The notes under the pieces were generated by a model. It saw only the letters and a list, made by a program, of their open reading frames with translations. It searched no databases and was not told where the DNA came from. Below, piece by piece: positions 1-9,764 of a stretch of DNA of 64,000 nucleotides. The stretch is taken from positions 37,047 to 101,046 of the IMG/VR virus record IMGVR_UViG_3300021957_000009. The stretch is one strand, 5' to 3'. Each line of letters begins with the position of its first letter. The stretch's first letter is position 1. A program made the translations under genes and the position numbers. Origin of the DNA: a virus.

Positions 1-13
1 CTAGATTCGACCT

Positions 14-484
14 TTAAAGGGCCTCTAGTCTTCCCATAAGTCGTTCTGCTCTGTTCGTTACTTGCTTGTACCATCTTGAATCTCTCCCCTCAACAGCCGC
101 AACCGGCCAATCACCACACTGCAGCGCTGCATTGTGCTTTTTAAATTTACTTAAGCGCGTAAGTCCCATGTTGAACATCATGTTCGCAATGACTTGTTTC
201 ACTTCTTGTGGATATCCATCCCATGCATCGTGTAATTTTTTACAATCTTCGATTACTGTTTCTACATCCTTGGCAAAGCATGATATAACTCTATCCTCTG
301 AGACATCAGTACCGACCGGAAGCCCAAATTCTGGGTCTCCTTCGATAACCAGGTGTCCAATACCAAATGTAGCATAACCGAGGTGATCATGATAAATTTC
401 ATTAACTTGTCCCTCGTCTATAATTAATTGTTCTCTTAATTGATCTACATCAATCACCGTTTTTTCTTCTTTGTCCCAAAACAT
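14..484 (-). CDS. Phage lysozyme/endolysin (T4 lysozyme-like, GH24)
   Basis: IIDEG..Y.DHLGYATFGIGH catalytic E/D/T motif; NMMFNMG and DSRWYKQVTNRAERL C-terminal motifs. Confidence 0.9.
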   Translation of the reverse strand: MFWDKEEKTVIDVDQLREQLIIDEGQVNEIYHDHLGYATFGIGHLVIEGDPEFGLPVGTDVSEDRVISCFAKDVETVIEDCKKLHDAWDGYPQEVKQVIANMMFNMGLTRLSKFKKHNAALQCGDWPVAAVEGRDSRWYKQVTNRAERLMGRLEAL

Positions 485-582
485 TTTCTTTCCTCTTAAA
501 TTTATTATTTATCTCAAATAATAATTGTTCTTTTTTAACAACCTGCCAAAACTTCTTATCTACTTCTTTAAATAAATCAGTC

Positions 583-1446
583 TTATACTGTTGTTCTTGT
601 GTATGCTTTAACATGAGTAATTTCCTTAGATGTAGTATTATATACACAGCCCCAAATAAATAACATTGGCTCTATCGTATCATCATCAGTATCATACGGG
701 AAGGTATAAGAGTTTGCTGTACACCATTCTCGTACTATTGTTGCATCTGCTTGAAAATAAACATCAACATTTGCATCAACATTATTAGACTTATCATGTA
801 TTCTAGCAAAGAATGTGTAACTACATGCAGGTAATAAATCATGTATTTCTTGCCATGCATTAATGTCTGTATTTTTCATTTCTTCATCTGAAATTACAAA
901 CTTTGCCAAAACTGTTTCAGTTACTGTATCAAATTTAAGGCCGTACCAATCTTTATATTCGTTATAAGTTGCGTTGAATGTTGTTTTAATTGTGTCTGTT
1001 GGAACATCAAAGTTATAGAATGAGATACTAGGATTACTATCATAAGGTGGTCTTGCTGCCGTATATTCTGCAACTAGATTCTGATTATTATTATCATAAG
1101 AAGCTACTTCATCTGGCCATGTAGCTTCTAATTTAGTTACTATAGCTTGGCCTTGTGTTGTACCCACAGCATAATCTACTCTTACTGAACTTCCACCCAT
1201 GTAAGTAGTGTCCATAATTTGAGAAGTATCAATAGTCTCTATCCTTTCTAACTGAGAGTTTACCGAGCCTATCATTTCGTGATAAGCTTTTAATGCTTTT
1301 TTTTCAGACCATGTTTCATCTACTTCGATTCCAGTATTATTTAGCTCTGATGGAGTTTCTACTAATGCTCCATTACTATCGGTAATTTTAGTAGTAAATC
1401 CACTTGGGCTTTCTAAATTTTCTGTGTGTGTATATGTTATAGTCAT
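583..1446 (-). CDS. Hypothetical protein, possibly fibre-associated
   Basis: 287-aa ORF abutting the fibre-like gene; no recognised motif. Confidence 0.6.
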   Translation of the reverse strand: MTITYTHTENLESPSGFTTKITDSNGALVETPSELNNTGIEVDETWSEKKALKAYHEMIGSVNSQLERIETIDTSQIMDTTYMGGSSVRVDYAVGTTQGQAIVTKLEATWPDEVASYDNNNQNLVAEYTAARPPYDSNPSISFYNFDVPTDTIKTTFNATYNEYKDWYGLKFDTVTETVLAKFVISDEEMKNTDINAWQEIHDLLPACSYTFFARIHDKSNNVDANVDVYFQADATIVREWCTANSYTFPYDTDDDTIEPMLFIWGCVYNTTSKEITHVKAYTRTTV

Positions 1447-2736
1447 TTATTCTATCTCTACAAAGGTTGAAGTTGAAGATGTACCAAAATAAGTTGCCAG
1501 TGAAAAAGCGTTTGAGTAAGTCCACTGTGCTAAACTCGAGCCGGAGCTGGTATAAAAAGTAAAAGATGTCCTAGCTAAAGTAAGATCCGGACTTCCACTG
1601 TTATTTGTTTGATTTAGCCAAAATTTTATATTAGTCCAACCACTGTTATTAAATGTTCCAGTAGAGCTATCTGTTCGCGAAAAGGTGATGCCCATGGTTC
1701 CATTGAAATTACGCAAAATCGTAAGATCAACAGTATCACCGTCATATGTAAAACTACTTCCGCTCCAGGATCCTTGAGATAGACCATCAACGTACCCGCT
1801 ATACGCTGGCGAATATTGTGCAGGTGCACTGTAGTAGCTAGTCATTGTTCCGGAAGTTAGAGCTGTGACTATATCTACCTTTGTTTTACCTAAGAAGTCT
1901 GAAAACGCTATTTGTCCACTTGTTGGTATACCCGTTGTGTCATGTAAAGTACCTCCAGGTGTTCGATAGTAATCTGAAAGAGCAACATTAGAACTATCTG
2001 CTCCACCAAACTCTTCTGCAATTCCATTATTAACGGTTGTTGTAACATCAGGCCCCATAATTTCAAAACCTGATGTGCCAGAAGTATACATACTATCAAT
2101 CCCGTTATTACTAGTTGTGCTATTATATTCCCATGCCCAAGCGGTGCAACCATTACTACTAGAAGAATAGTGAGCGCTACTTCTAGTAAAAGTATAGGCA
2201 GTGCCACTACCAGTAAGTATAAGAGATTTAAATGTATTATCAGTATTAGGTACACTAGTTCCATTTAATACAAATATTACCCAGTGTCTAGTGTTATTGG
2301 GTGAAGGTGAAGACCCAGGATTTCCAAAAATAATTGCTCTAATAGTTCTTGTATTACTACTTGCGTCGGTATAGTACGTAGCGCCAATACTTCCAAATGT
2401 TGAGGTAGGTTCATAAATAAATGAAGGGATATTGCTCCTTACACCGTTGGCGCCGATTGGAAGTGAGTCTATCAATAGGCTGAGTATAGGAAGGGAAGTA
2501 CCACTCATCCACCGTGTACTGACACTGGTACCGCTCTGATAGCCTCCTACTTGGCCTTGCCATTCCACCTTATTACCAAAAGTATCGCCGCCGGGTAATT
2601 CGTATTGGCACGTAACATTAGTATAAGTGTCCTGTCCACGAGTTAAAGCATCGCTTTCTAATGAATTAGCCGCAGTAGTAGAACTATTAGTTCCAGCGTC
2701 TTGTAGTGCTAGAGCTCCGGATGCTAGTAGTGTCAT
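1447..2736 (-). CDS. Putative tail fibre tip/adhesin-like virion protein
   Basis: S/T/G-rich; carries EFGG..ALSDYY..IPTSGQIAFSDFLG motif typical of phage fibre-tip proteins; downstream of a late promoter. Confidence 0.6.
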   Translation of the reverse strand: MTLLASGALALQDAGTNSSTTAANSLESDALTRGQDTYTNVTCQYELPGGDTFGNKVEWQGQVGGYQSGTSVSTRWMSGTSLPILSLLIDSLPIGANGVRSNIPSFIYEPTSTFGSIGATYYTDASSNTRTIRAIIFGNPGSSPSPNNTRHWVIFVLNGTSVPNTDNTFKSLILTGSGTAYTFTRSSAHYSSSSNGCTAWAWEYNSTTSNNGIDSMYTSGTSGFEIMGPDVTTTVNNGIAEEFGGADSSNVALSDYYRTPGGTLHDTTGIPTSGQIAFSDFLGKTKVDIVTALTSGTMTSYYSAPAQYSPAYSGYVDGLSQGSWSGSSFTYDGDTVDLTILRNFNGTMGITFSRTDSSTGTFNNSGWTNIKFWLNQTNNSGSPDLTLARTSFTFYTSSGSSLAQWTYSNAFSLATYFGTSSTSTFVEIE

Positions 2737-2996
2737 TTAATAATCTCCGTAATTAAATCTTCAAACTGTTCTATTTTAGCCACTCTGTTTGGCCATAGAA
2801 TATATTCCTTTTCAGGATTCTTTTTTAAATTTGTTAAAAGGGGAAGTATAGAGTTATAAAGCTTGTTTAGCTTATCCTCTAATTCTTGCGCGGTTGCTGA
2901 AGCTGTTGATGCCTCAGTCTTTACTGATTGTACGGCTTCAAGCTCGTTTTCATCAACGGCTGTAAAACCAAAATCAAAATCTAATAAATCACTCAT
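2733..2996 (-). CDS. Conserved T4-like hypothetical protein
   Basis: FDFGFTAVDE and LKKNPEKEYILWPNR motifs; AGGAG RBS. Confidence 0.7.
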   Translation of the reverse strand: MSDLLDFDFGFTAVDENELEAVQSVKTEASTASATAQELEDKLNKLYNSILPLLTNLKKNPEKEYILWPNRVAKIEQFEDLITEIIK

Positions 2997-3014
2997 ATAA
3001 TTCTCCTGTACTGT

Positions 3015-3022
3015 TATTTATA
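3015..3022 (-). promoter_or_regulatory. T4-type late promoter TATAAATA
   Basis: Exact gp55 consensus upstream of 2996 start. Confidence 0.8.
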
Positions 3023-3050
3023 CAAGTTAGAATGCTAAACTACTGATTTA

Positions 3051-3161
3051 TCAGTCAGAACATTGACGTTGCAGTTCTTTCAGTGTTTCTATGAGTTCTT
3101 CTATTGTACTAACATCCTGAGGATTCTCAGTGTCAATTTCTACGTTTATTGTTATTTTCAT
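3051..3161 (-). CDS. Small hypothetical protein (36 aa, MKITINVEID...)
   Basis: ATGA overlap with upstream ORF stop. Confidence 0.5.
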   Translation of the reverse strand: MKITINVEIDTENPQDVSTIEELIETLKELQRQCSD

Positions 3162-3337
3162 AATCCAACTAAAGCCCAGCCATGATTGGCTATAGCGTTG
3201 AGTATAATAAACCAACATGTAGCCATATGAGTAAGCCACCAAACAGTCCTAATACAAGCAACAATATTAGCTTGCTTATCTGTTTCTCCGACTTTTTCAC
3301 CTAGACTCTTGGCCCATATTCTCCACCATTTATGCAT
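3158..3337 (-). CDS. Small membrane protein (59 aa, MHKWWRIWAKSLGEK...), not in ORF track
   Basis: Manual translation; WRIWAKSLGEK motif familiar from T4-like phages; fills the gap. Confidence 0.7.
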   Translation of the reverse strand: MHKWWRIWAKSLGEKVGETDKQANIVACIRTVWWLTHMATCWFIILNAIANHGWALVGL

Positions 3338-3500
3338 TGCCGCGTCTTACTAATTCGTTACGAATCTTTTGCTTCTTTTTATTTGGAGTATTATTGCTAT
3401 CCATTGCAGATAATAGCTCATCTGTAGGAGTTGACTTCATATAAAAGTTTTGAACAGATCCATTTCTGTTCTTAATTGTTTCTTTAAATTTTACAGGCAT
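3330..3500 (-). CDS. Small hypothetical protein (56 aa, MPVKFKETIK...), not in ORF track
   Basis: Manual translation; abuts neighbours; GGAG upstream. Confidence 0.7.
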   Translation of the reverse strand: MPVKFKETIKNRNGSVQNFYMKSTPTDELLSAMDSNNTPNKKKQKIRNELVRRGNA

Positions 3501-4094
3501 TTAACTTTCTCCAGTAATGTGATTATATATATGCTTCCATTTCCAGTATCTTGGAATATCACCATCATAATATGCGTTATGTTCATGAGCAACTAGTATT
3601 GAATTAAGTCCAAGCTTCTCACCAACTTCTGCATTTTCAGGTTTATCTTCTACCCAAAAACATTCCGTGCCTTTATACTTGGCAAGGGCTTCGTCTTTAT
3701 CAGCGCCACATGGTAGATACACAAACTCATCAAAAATCTCTTTACCGAATAGTAATTCAAGGTTTTGGGTTCTTAATCTTTGCGCATACTTATCTTTGCT
3801 TAAAGATGTAATGCAGTGGAATCTATATCCATGCAACATGTTAAGTCTTTTGATGTAATACACCGCATCTCTTAATGGAGGCAAAAACGCAATAGAAGCC
3901 GAATCATTAAATTCTGCTACTACATTTTTTCCAAAATCTCCAGCCAAATTAAATCTTTTTGCTACATTATACTGTGTTGAATCTGATGTAGGATAACCTT
4001 TATGGTTCATCCATTGTGTGAATGAATATTCCCAATCACATAAAACACCATCACAATCTACTAAAATTATGTTCTCTTTCATATTCTCTCTCAA
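3501..4094 (-). CDS. HAD-family 5'(3')-deoxyribonucleotidase-like protein
   Basis: DCDGVL motif I, TS motif II, K and EDK motifs. Confidence 0.8.
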   Translation of the reverse strand: MRENMKENIILVDCDGVLCDWEYSFTQWMNHKGYPTSDSTQYNVAKRFNLAGDFGKNVVAEFNDSASIAFLPPLRDAVYYIKRLNMLHGYRFHCITSLSKDKYAQRLRTQNLELLFGKEIFDEFVYLPCGADKDEALAKYKGTECFWVEDKPENAEVGEKLGLNSILVAHEHNAYYDGDIPRYWKWKHIYNHITGES

Positions 4095-4312
4095 TGAAAC
4101 ACTCTTTCCTTTCCGTCAATCACTAACTGGTCGACGTGAATATTACCTCTTAAGTCTATGAATCCTTGGCTAATAATCAACTCACAAAGTTGATCCCAAG
4201 CTCCATCGTCTTTAGAGACCGCTAAATCTACCATTTCTTTATTATATAATGGCACTTCGACTAGTACATCCTCATTGACAACCAGTCTTCCTTTTATTAC
4301 ATTTTTACTCAT
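4091..4312 (-). CDS. Hypothetical protein
   Basis: ORF after early-type promoter and AAGGA RBS. Confidence 0.7.
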   Translation of the reverse strand: MSKNVIKGRLVVNEDVLVEVPLYNKEMVDLAVSKDDGAWDQLCELIISQGFIDLRGNIHVDQLVIDGKERVFH

Positions 4313-4340
4313 TTATTTCCTTATCATTTAATATAGGTAT

Positions 4341-4369
4341 ATTATAACACACAATAAATGATTTGTACA
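4341..4369 (-). promoter_or_regulatory. Sigma70-like early promoter TGTACA-N17-TATAAT
   Basis: Recurrent motif with extended TG and upstream A-tract. Confidence 0.8.
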
Positions 4370-4383
4370 CACTTTTTTGCAAT

Positions 4384-4593
4384 TTATTTAAAATATTTTT
4401 CTAGCATGTTATACTTATCAACGTACTCAGCCATCATTCCAAGCTCTTTTTCAAGAGTTTCCATTTGATCTGAATGCTCTCCGACTGATACCTGATTACT
4501 CAAAATAATGTCAGCGTTCATTTGATGCTTTGCTGCTTGCGCTTGCATATATGCCATAGATGTTTTTACCATCTGATCTCTAAAATTTCTCAT
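4384..4593 (-). CDS. Hypothetical protein
   Basis: ORF; VGEHSD motif; start chosen by GGAG RBS. Confidence 0.7.
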   Translation of the reverse strand: MRNFRDQMVKTSMAYMQAQAAKHQMNADIILSNQVSVGEHSDQMETLEKELGMMAEYVDKYNMLEKYFK

Positions 4594-4594
4594 A

Positions 4595-5278
4595 TTATCT
4601 CCCAAATAATTTTCTACGTTTGTATTCTGCTATTGTATCCAATAGCTTTGTTGTCCAGTTATCGCGGTGCTCGATAAATACTTGAGCTCCTTGATCACCT
4701 GCGATTAAGGTTACCAGTTGTGTAATAGGCATACCTGTTCTTTCTTCCCACATAATCGCATATGCAGTTTCTTGAGTAAAGTAACCTTCACAATACTCTT
4801 TCTTCTTAGGTTTTGCTGAGGTTTTATAATCGATGATGGATGGTTTACCATTCCATACACCAACACAATCCACTCTTCCTGCTACACCTAAATGCTCAGA
4901 ATAAAGAGCAGCTTCTTGAGCGTAAACCGTTGTAAGGTTCTTATCAAGAATATCTTTTACTTCCATAAAGTTTGACTTAACAACAAGATTAGCATCTTGA
5001 AAATAGTCTTCTTCATTATCAACGTATCTTTCTAAGACTTCATGAACCGCTGTTCCACGTGTTGAAGCTCGATGAGAAACTCTATTGGCTTCTTCGTCTC
5101 CGACACGTGCTCTCCATCTTTGTATAGCTTCTTCGCTTAAGATTGAAAGTACTGTTGTAATAGAAGGATACTTAACACCATTAGGGGCGGCATATTTTCT
5201 GCCAGTATCAGTAGTGTTTGCCACCATGTCATCGTAGCCAAGATTAATTGATTCATGTTTAAAGTTTCCTATTTTCAT
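4595..5278 (-). CDS. PD-(D/E)xK exonuclease (RecB/Cas4-like)
   Basis: YPSITTVL, RGTAVH, AGRVDC, IIDYKTS, Q..AY motifs. Confidence 0.88.
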   Translation of the reverse strand: MKIGNFKHESINLGYDDMVANTTDTGRKYAAPNGVKYPSITTVLSILSEEAIQRWRARVGDEEANRVSHRASTRGTAVHEVLERYVDNEEDYFQDANLVVKSNFMEVKDILDKNLTTVYAQEAALYSEHLGVAGRVDCVGVWNGKPSIIDYKTSAKPKKKEYCEGYFTQETAYAIMWEERTGMPITQLVTLIAGDQGAQVFIEHRDNWTTKLLDTIAEYKRRKLFGR

Positions 5279-5942
5279 ATAATTCCTTTGTCATAATAAA
5301 GTCTCTTACAAATCCGCTTCGAACAATGTCTTCCCATTTAAATTCGATGTGATCAAAAGAGTTCATGTGTTGAATGATATTAATAAATTCTTTAATACCA
5401 TCTTGATCACCCTTTCGAGTGAAGTCTGATTGATAATAATCACCAGACATAATAAATCTACAGTCTTCTCCAAGACGTGTAATTACAGAGCATAGTTCAT
5501 GATAGTTACAGTTTTGTGACTCATCAACTATTACTATAGCATTTTTAATTGTAATTCCTCTTATAAAAGAAGTAGTTAAAAACTCTATGGTCTTTCCTGA
5601 AGTTAGCTTTGTCCACGCTTCTTGATCTAAAAATAAATCGTTTACAATTGCTTTATAAGGCGCAGTGTATGCATCTTCTTTTTCTTCCTGAGTTCCTGGT
5701 AAAAATCCCATGTCCCTTGTAGGAACAGCAGATCTTACAATGATTACTTTTTCATAATCTTTATTAAGTACTGCTTCTAACGCAAGATAAAGCGATATAA
5801 ACGTTTTACCAGTTCCGGCTGAACCATCTAAACATAAATGGTTACCTGAAGCAAAAGAATCAAAAGCTAATTTTTGATTTGCAGTCAATGGCTCTAGCTT
5901 TGTTAAATGCTCTAGCTTTAAACGTAAAGGTCTCTTATTCAT
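5259..5942 (-). CDS. phoH: PhoH-like ATPase
   Basis: GSAGTGKT, GFLPG, RG.T, DESQN, GD..QSD, IVRSG motifs. Confidence 0.95.
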   Translation of the reverse strand: MNKRPLRLKLEHLTKLEPLTANQKLAFDSFASGNHLCLDGSAGTGKTFISLYLALEAVLNKDYEKVIIVRSAVPTRDMGFLPGTQEEKEDAYTAPYKAIVNDLFLDQEAWTKLTSGKTIEFLTTSFIRGITIKNAIVIVDESQNCNYHELCSVITRLGEDCRFIMSGDYYQSDFTRKGDQDGIKEFINIIQHMNSFDHIEFKWEDIVRSGFVRDFIMTKELYENRKL

Positions 5943-6181
5943 TTTGTATCAATGTTTCCTCTTAATGAAGGTGGTAACCCACTCTTAATTCTTTGCTGAA
6001 CTTCTTTCCAACCATCGCCAGCCTTTCGGCCAACTGATCCAGACACTTCACCAATGATCTTTGGTGCACCAACAACTTGTTGAATGTTTGGATCTTTGAC
6101 ATACTCTTGCATGTCAGCAATAGACATCATCTTAGTTTCTATGTTACCTGTTTCTAAATTTTTAAAATCATACAATGGCAT
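5939..6181 (-). CDS. FmdB-like small protein lacking Cys ligands
   Basis: MPLYDF N-terminus; usual position before phoH. Confidence 0.55.
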   Translation of the reverse strand: MPLYDFKNLETGNIETKMMSIADMQEYVKDPNIQQVVGAPKIIGEVSGSVGRKAGDGWKEVQQRIKSGLPPSLRGNIDTK

Positions 6182-6737
6182 TAAACCACTCCGGTTGTTT
6201 ACGTTTAGTCCAAAGCATTTTGAACCTATCTTGTTTTGTTTGATAGAAATTTTGATAAGATTTTACTGCATCAGTACCACCTAATCCATGCACAATACAT
6301 TCAGGATTTGAACTCATAGCTAACTTAAACGGAGTTCTCCCGCTTGTACGTACAATATTATCTGGTAAATTTTTAAGTATCTTTCTTAGCTTAATATCTG
6401 TCGCATGTATCTTATCATATCTATAAGAATATTCGTCGCATAGTGCTATAAAATGATTATAGTGCCATGTGTAATTACAACAACTTTCACGTGACCATAC
6501 TGTAGATGGATGATTATAGTGACATGCCTTATATAAGATATCTTCTCTTTCATCATCCAGCTTAAAATATTGTAACATAGAACCAGACTTTGAAGGTCTA
6601 CGCTCCATAGTTCCATCAACCATACGATGCACCGTCGATAACATTTGTGCCGACTCTACAATCATTTTGACCACGTGTTTATCACATTGCTCTTGTGCTG
6701 CAATTATTGGGTCTTCATTTAATACAAATATATTCAT
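6168..6737 (-). CDS. Pyrimidine-dimer DNA glycosylase-like protein (DenV-related)
   Basis: MNIFVL..DP..AAQ..CDKHVVKMIVESAQMLST and HPSTVW motifs. Confidence 0.75.
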   Translation of the reverse strand: MNIFVLNEDPIIAAQEQCDKHVVKMIVESAQMLSTVHRMVDGTMERRPSKSGSMLQYFKLDDEREDILYKACHYNHPSTVWSRESCCNYTWHYNHFIALCDEYSYRYDKIHATDIKLRKILKNLPDNIVRTSGRTPFKLAMSSNPECIVHGLGGTDAVKSYQNFYQTKQDRFKMLWTKRKQPEWFNAIV

Positions 6738-6779
6738 AATGTAACTCGCTTGGTTTACTTTTTTCGCGTTTAGAGTATT

Positions 6780-6808
6780 ATTATACTACATATCTGACGA
6801 AAAGTAAA
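6780..6808 (-). promoter_or_regulatory. Early promoter variant TTTACT-N17-TATAAT
   Basis: GTTTAC -35 as in T4 early promoters, 17-nt spacer. Confidence 0.65.
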
Positions 6809-6845
6809 CCCCTTTTTGAAACTATTTTCGCCAAGGGGTCATTGC

Positions 6846-7016
6846 TTATTGTAACTTGTTTATTGCCTCCATATCATTTAGGAAATGATTTAAATGCGCG
6901 ATCTTTTTTTCCATCTTGTACGCTAGCACATCTTTTCCTTTTTTTATTAACTTCTTCTGATAGTATAGTGCCTCGTTTCTGTCTTTCTTTAGGCGTTCAA
7001 TTTGAATATAACTCAT
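6846..7016 (-). CDS. Small basic hypothetical protein
   Basis: ORF; start at MSYIQ by GGAG RBS. Confidence 0.6.
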   Translation of the reverse strand: MSYIQIERLKKDRNEALYYQKKLIKKGKDVLAYKMEKKIAHLNHFLNDMEAINKLQ

Positions 7017-7081
7017 AAGCAATCTCCGGGTTAAGTGAATTGAAAAAACTATCATGATATAGATTGTATCGTTAGGCTCTC

Positions 7082-7501
7082 CTATTTAGATATCAAGTTT
7101 GGAAATGCGGCTTTAACTAATGTCTTTGTAATGTACTTGTATTTTAAGTTTTTATCTTTGGCATTACAGAAAAGAACTGCATCTTCCGGGTGAACAGATT
7201 CGAGCAAGTCGATGAAGACTGTCTCGCGTTTAAATTGGTTTAGGTTCGGCGAAGCGGCCTTTACGAAGTTTCTAAACTTAGGATATTCAAACCTGAGTTC
7301 TAGTAGAGTTCCTTTTACATCGGCCTTTTTGAAAGGTGGTTCACCTTCTGGTAACGACAGTTCTATGGCATCATCTAAGCCAATACGTAGAATGTCTTTT
7401 AGAGCAGTACAATCGTGCTCCTGTAAATAAGCGATCCTTTTTTCTTTAGATCCTAGTTTGTTGGCAGCTGCCAATATTTCTGATATTAATGGTTTATCCA
7501 T
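7082..7501 (-). CDS. Conserved T4-like hypothetical protein downstream of RNase H
   Basis: LPEGEPP, KRETVFIDLLESVHP, AFPNL motifs. Confidence 0.75.
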   Translation of the reverse strand: MDKPLISEILAAANKLGSKEKRIAYLQEHDCTALKDILRIGLDDAIELSLPEGEPPFKKADVKGTLLELRFEYPKFRNFVKAASPNLNQFKRETVFIDLLESVHPEDAVLFCNAKDKNLKYKYITKTLVKAAFPNLISK

Positions 7502-8348
7502 TATAAAATTCCTCCACACTTTCAATCAATAGATTGCATCTTTTTTTAATTAAATAGTTTAACACTTTCATTTTCATTGGGACTTTTTGTCCGTTAAAAG
7601 TATTTATAACCTCGCTCTGAATAGATTCTGGTATTTCGTTTAGATCTATCAATGTTTTATTTCGTTGATAGTTTCTATACTCTTCCTCTGTCATAACTTC
7701 TTTTAAGTTATCTGAATTTTCAGCCCAATGTTGTATTTTCTTTTTAGTCATTGGTGACTGTCTAATCTCATCGATGATAGCGTTATCAGGAGATAAGATG
7801 TTAGGAATACCATCACCTTTATCACCTTTACATATATGCTCAAAGCAATACGTCCTAGGATTAGGATCAGATACCATTTTCTTTTGAATTGGTGAAAACT
7901 GTTTAACGTTAGTGTATTTGTGGAGTTGAATAAAGTCCTTATCCGAAGAGATAATCATAACTGGTTCGTGTTGACCAAATTCTTGAGTTTGCATTGCGAG
8001 TGTTCCAATAACATCATCGGCCTCACAACCTTCTAAATGAATAACCTTATATGGAAGGTTTTCTCTAATTTCTTCTCTAACCAAATTTAAAATCCTAAAT
8101 ATTTCAGGCCAATCTTGATCTGATTCAGATCTATTCTTTTTACGATGAGCTTTATACAAAGGAAAATAATCTTTTCTCCATGTATTCATTCCATCGGCAC
8201 AAATTACCATTTGTCCGTATTCATTACGATATTTTTTGTTGTACATACGAATACTATTAAGGATCATATGTCGTATCATATTCTCATCATTAAGTTTCTG
8301 TACTATAATATTTGATAGCGCTATCTGGCTATAGTCAAGTAAAATCAT
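7494..8348 (-). CDS. rnh: T4-like RNase H / 5'-3' exonuclease
   Basis: YKAHR, EADDVIG, SSDKDFIQL, GDKGDGIPN motifs. Confidence 0.93.
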   Translation of the reverse strand: MILLDYSQIALSNIIVQKLNDENMIRHMILNSIRMYNKKYRNEYGQMVICADGMNTWRKDYFPLYKAHRKKNRSESDQDWPEIFRILNLVREEIRENLPYKVIHLEGCEADDVIGTLAMQTQEFGQHEPVMIISSDKDFIQLHKYTNVKQFSPIQKKMVSDPNPRTYCFEHICKGDKGDGIPNILSPDNAIIDEIRQSPMTKKKIQHWAENSDNLKEVMTEEEYRNYQRNKTLIDLNEIPESIQSEVINTFNGQKVPMKMKVLNYLIKKRCNLLIESVEEFYNG

Positions 8349-8677
8349 TCTTTCGCTTCCATTATTTGTTCATATATTACGTCAAAGTTGTCATGTAAAA
8401 AATGACTTGCTCCGCCGTATCTCATTAACATCGAAGATATCATATTTATGATTACGAACATGTCCCTTGATTCAGGTAATGACGAATCTCTAAAATCGAT
8501 ATATTCGAATGAGCTACTATCGTTTAATAATAGCTCTTCAATCATTAACAGTATAACCTGAGAAGTATCTTTACATTCTTCAGTGAACGCTTCGTATTCT
8601 TCTCTTTCATACTCAAGCTCGTCTTCGATCTGTTGTATTCTTTCCTTAATAGGAAATTGAATTATATTGTCTTTCAT
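8345..8677 (-). CDS. Hypothetical protein
   Basis: ORF, NIIQFP N-terminus. Confidence 0.7.
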   Translation of the reverse strand: MKDNIIQFPIKERIQQIEDELEYEREEYEAFTEECKDTSQVILLMIEELLLNDSSSFEYIDFRDSSLPESRDMFVIINMISSMLMRYGGASHFLHDNFDVIYEQIMEAKE

Positions 8678-8685
8678 ATGTATAT

Positions 8686-8714
8686 ATTATAACACGCTTT
8701 TTAAGAAATGTACA
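8686..8714 (-). promoter_or_regulatory. Early promoter TGTACA-N17-TATAAT
   Basis: Exact motif. Confidence 0.8.
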
Positions 8715-8722
8715 CAGTTTTT

Positions 8723-9328
8723 TTAATAATTTCCTGAGGCTAATACGATCTTACATATATGATCTAACCTTTCAACGTGCTCAAATGCTCTCCATGGGGT
8801 TTCGTCAATTGCCACAACGCCGTGGCCCTTAATACCTATAACATCAAAAAAGCAGGTTCCATCTTCCTGTAAACCTAATCTTTTAAATGTTTCATCTGCC
8901 AATTCTTGGCTTATTGGTGGAACATCTGGAACATTCTCAGCAACTCTTGAGTATCTACCAAGTTCCGGGAATAATAGTACCAGATTATTTAATTGAATTC
9001 CAGCATGCATAGCCGCTACGATATACGTTGGATGTGTGTGTAACACTACTCGAGTATCTGTTGGAATGTTTTTTTGTAAGCCCCAGTGCAAAGGCAATTC
9101 ACCTGTAGCTTTTAGGCCGGATGCGATATCAGTGAAATACATCTCTTCACAATCATCGACTTTTAATTTTTTAAACATGTCGTATTGAATGACAGGTTTT
9201 CTAATGCCCGAAGGCGTAACATAGAAGTGATCTCTATCAGCATGTCGTATAGACACGTTACCATCTCTTGTACTTATCATACCTTTATCGTATGAATGCT
9301 TCATCACTTCACATATTGTTTCTAACAT
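8723..9328 (-). CDS. Class II aldolase/adducin family protein
   Basis: DGNVS, TPSG, GELPLH, HTHP, GHGV metal-binding motifs. Confidence 0.88.
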   Translation of the reverse strand: MLETICEVMKHSYDKGMISTRDGNVSIRHADRDHFYVTPSGIRKPVIQYDMFKKLKVDDCEEMYFTDIASGLKATGELPLHWGLQKNIPTDTRVVLHTHPTYIVAAMHAGIQLNNLVLLFPELGRYSRVAENVPDVPPISQELADETFKRLGLQEDGTCFFDVIGIKGHGVVAIDETPWRAFEHVERLDHICKIVLASGNY

Positions 9329-9337
9329 AATATATCC

Positions 9338-9760
9338 TTATTTAATTTTTTTAATTGCGTTACCACCAAGTCGTATTTGAATAATACCATTATAATAATC
9401 ATCCGTCAACAACACTTCTCTATCGAATTGCTCTTTAGCTTCCATGTATGAGCATTCGCCTTTTGTTTTGCAGAGGTGCAATATCTCTCTGTAAAACGTA
9501 TCTGGACCCATCTTTTCAACATCTTCGTTTAGATGTTTATTTGATCCATAATAACTTTTCCAATCAGACTCAACTAACGTTTTCTTTCGGCGTTTTCGAG
9601 TCTTCGTTATCGGCAATGTTTTTTGACTCCAAAAAAACTTCTTGCCTATGTATTTCCGACCCGTTGCTCGATTCGTTATCATGTATACAAAGCCATACAC
9701 GTCTTTGTGATTGAACTCTTCGGGTTCCTGCCATTCTGTGCCTTGATAATGCCACGTCAT
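9338..9760 (-). CDS. Stand-alone GIY-YIG endonuclease
   Basis: GFVY..TN..TGRKYIGKK, YYGS, E and YYN motifs. Confidence 0.85.
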   Translation of the reverse strand: MTWHYQGTEWQEPEEFNHKDVYGFVYMITNRATGRKYIGKKFFWSQKTLPITKTRKRRKKTLVESDWKSYYGSNKHLNEDVEKMGPDTFYREILHLCKTKGECSYMEAKEQFDREVLLTDDYYNGIIQIRLGGNAIKKIK

Positions 9761-9764
9761 ATCC

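Noticed and set aside
450-647. 65-aa ORF between lysozyme and the 287-aa gene
   Set aside because: Overlaps both neighbours, no clear RBS or motif; cannot support
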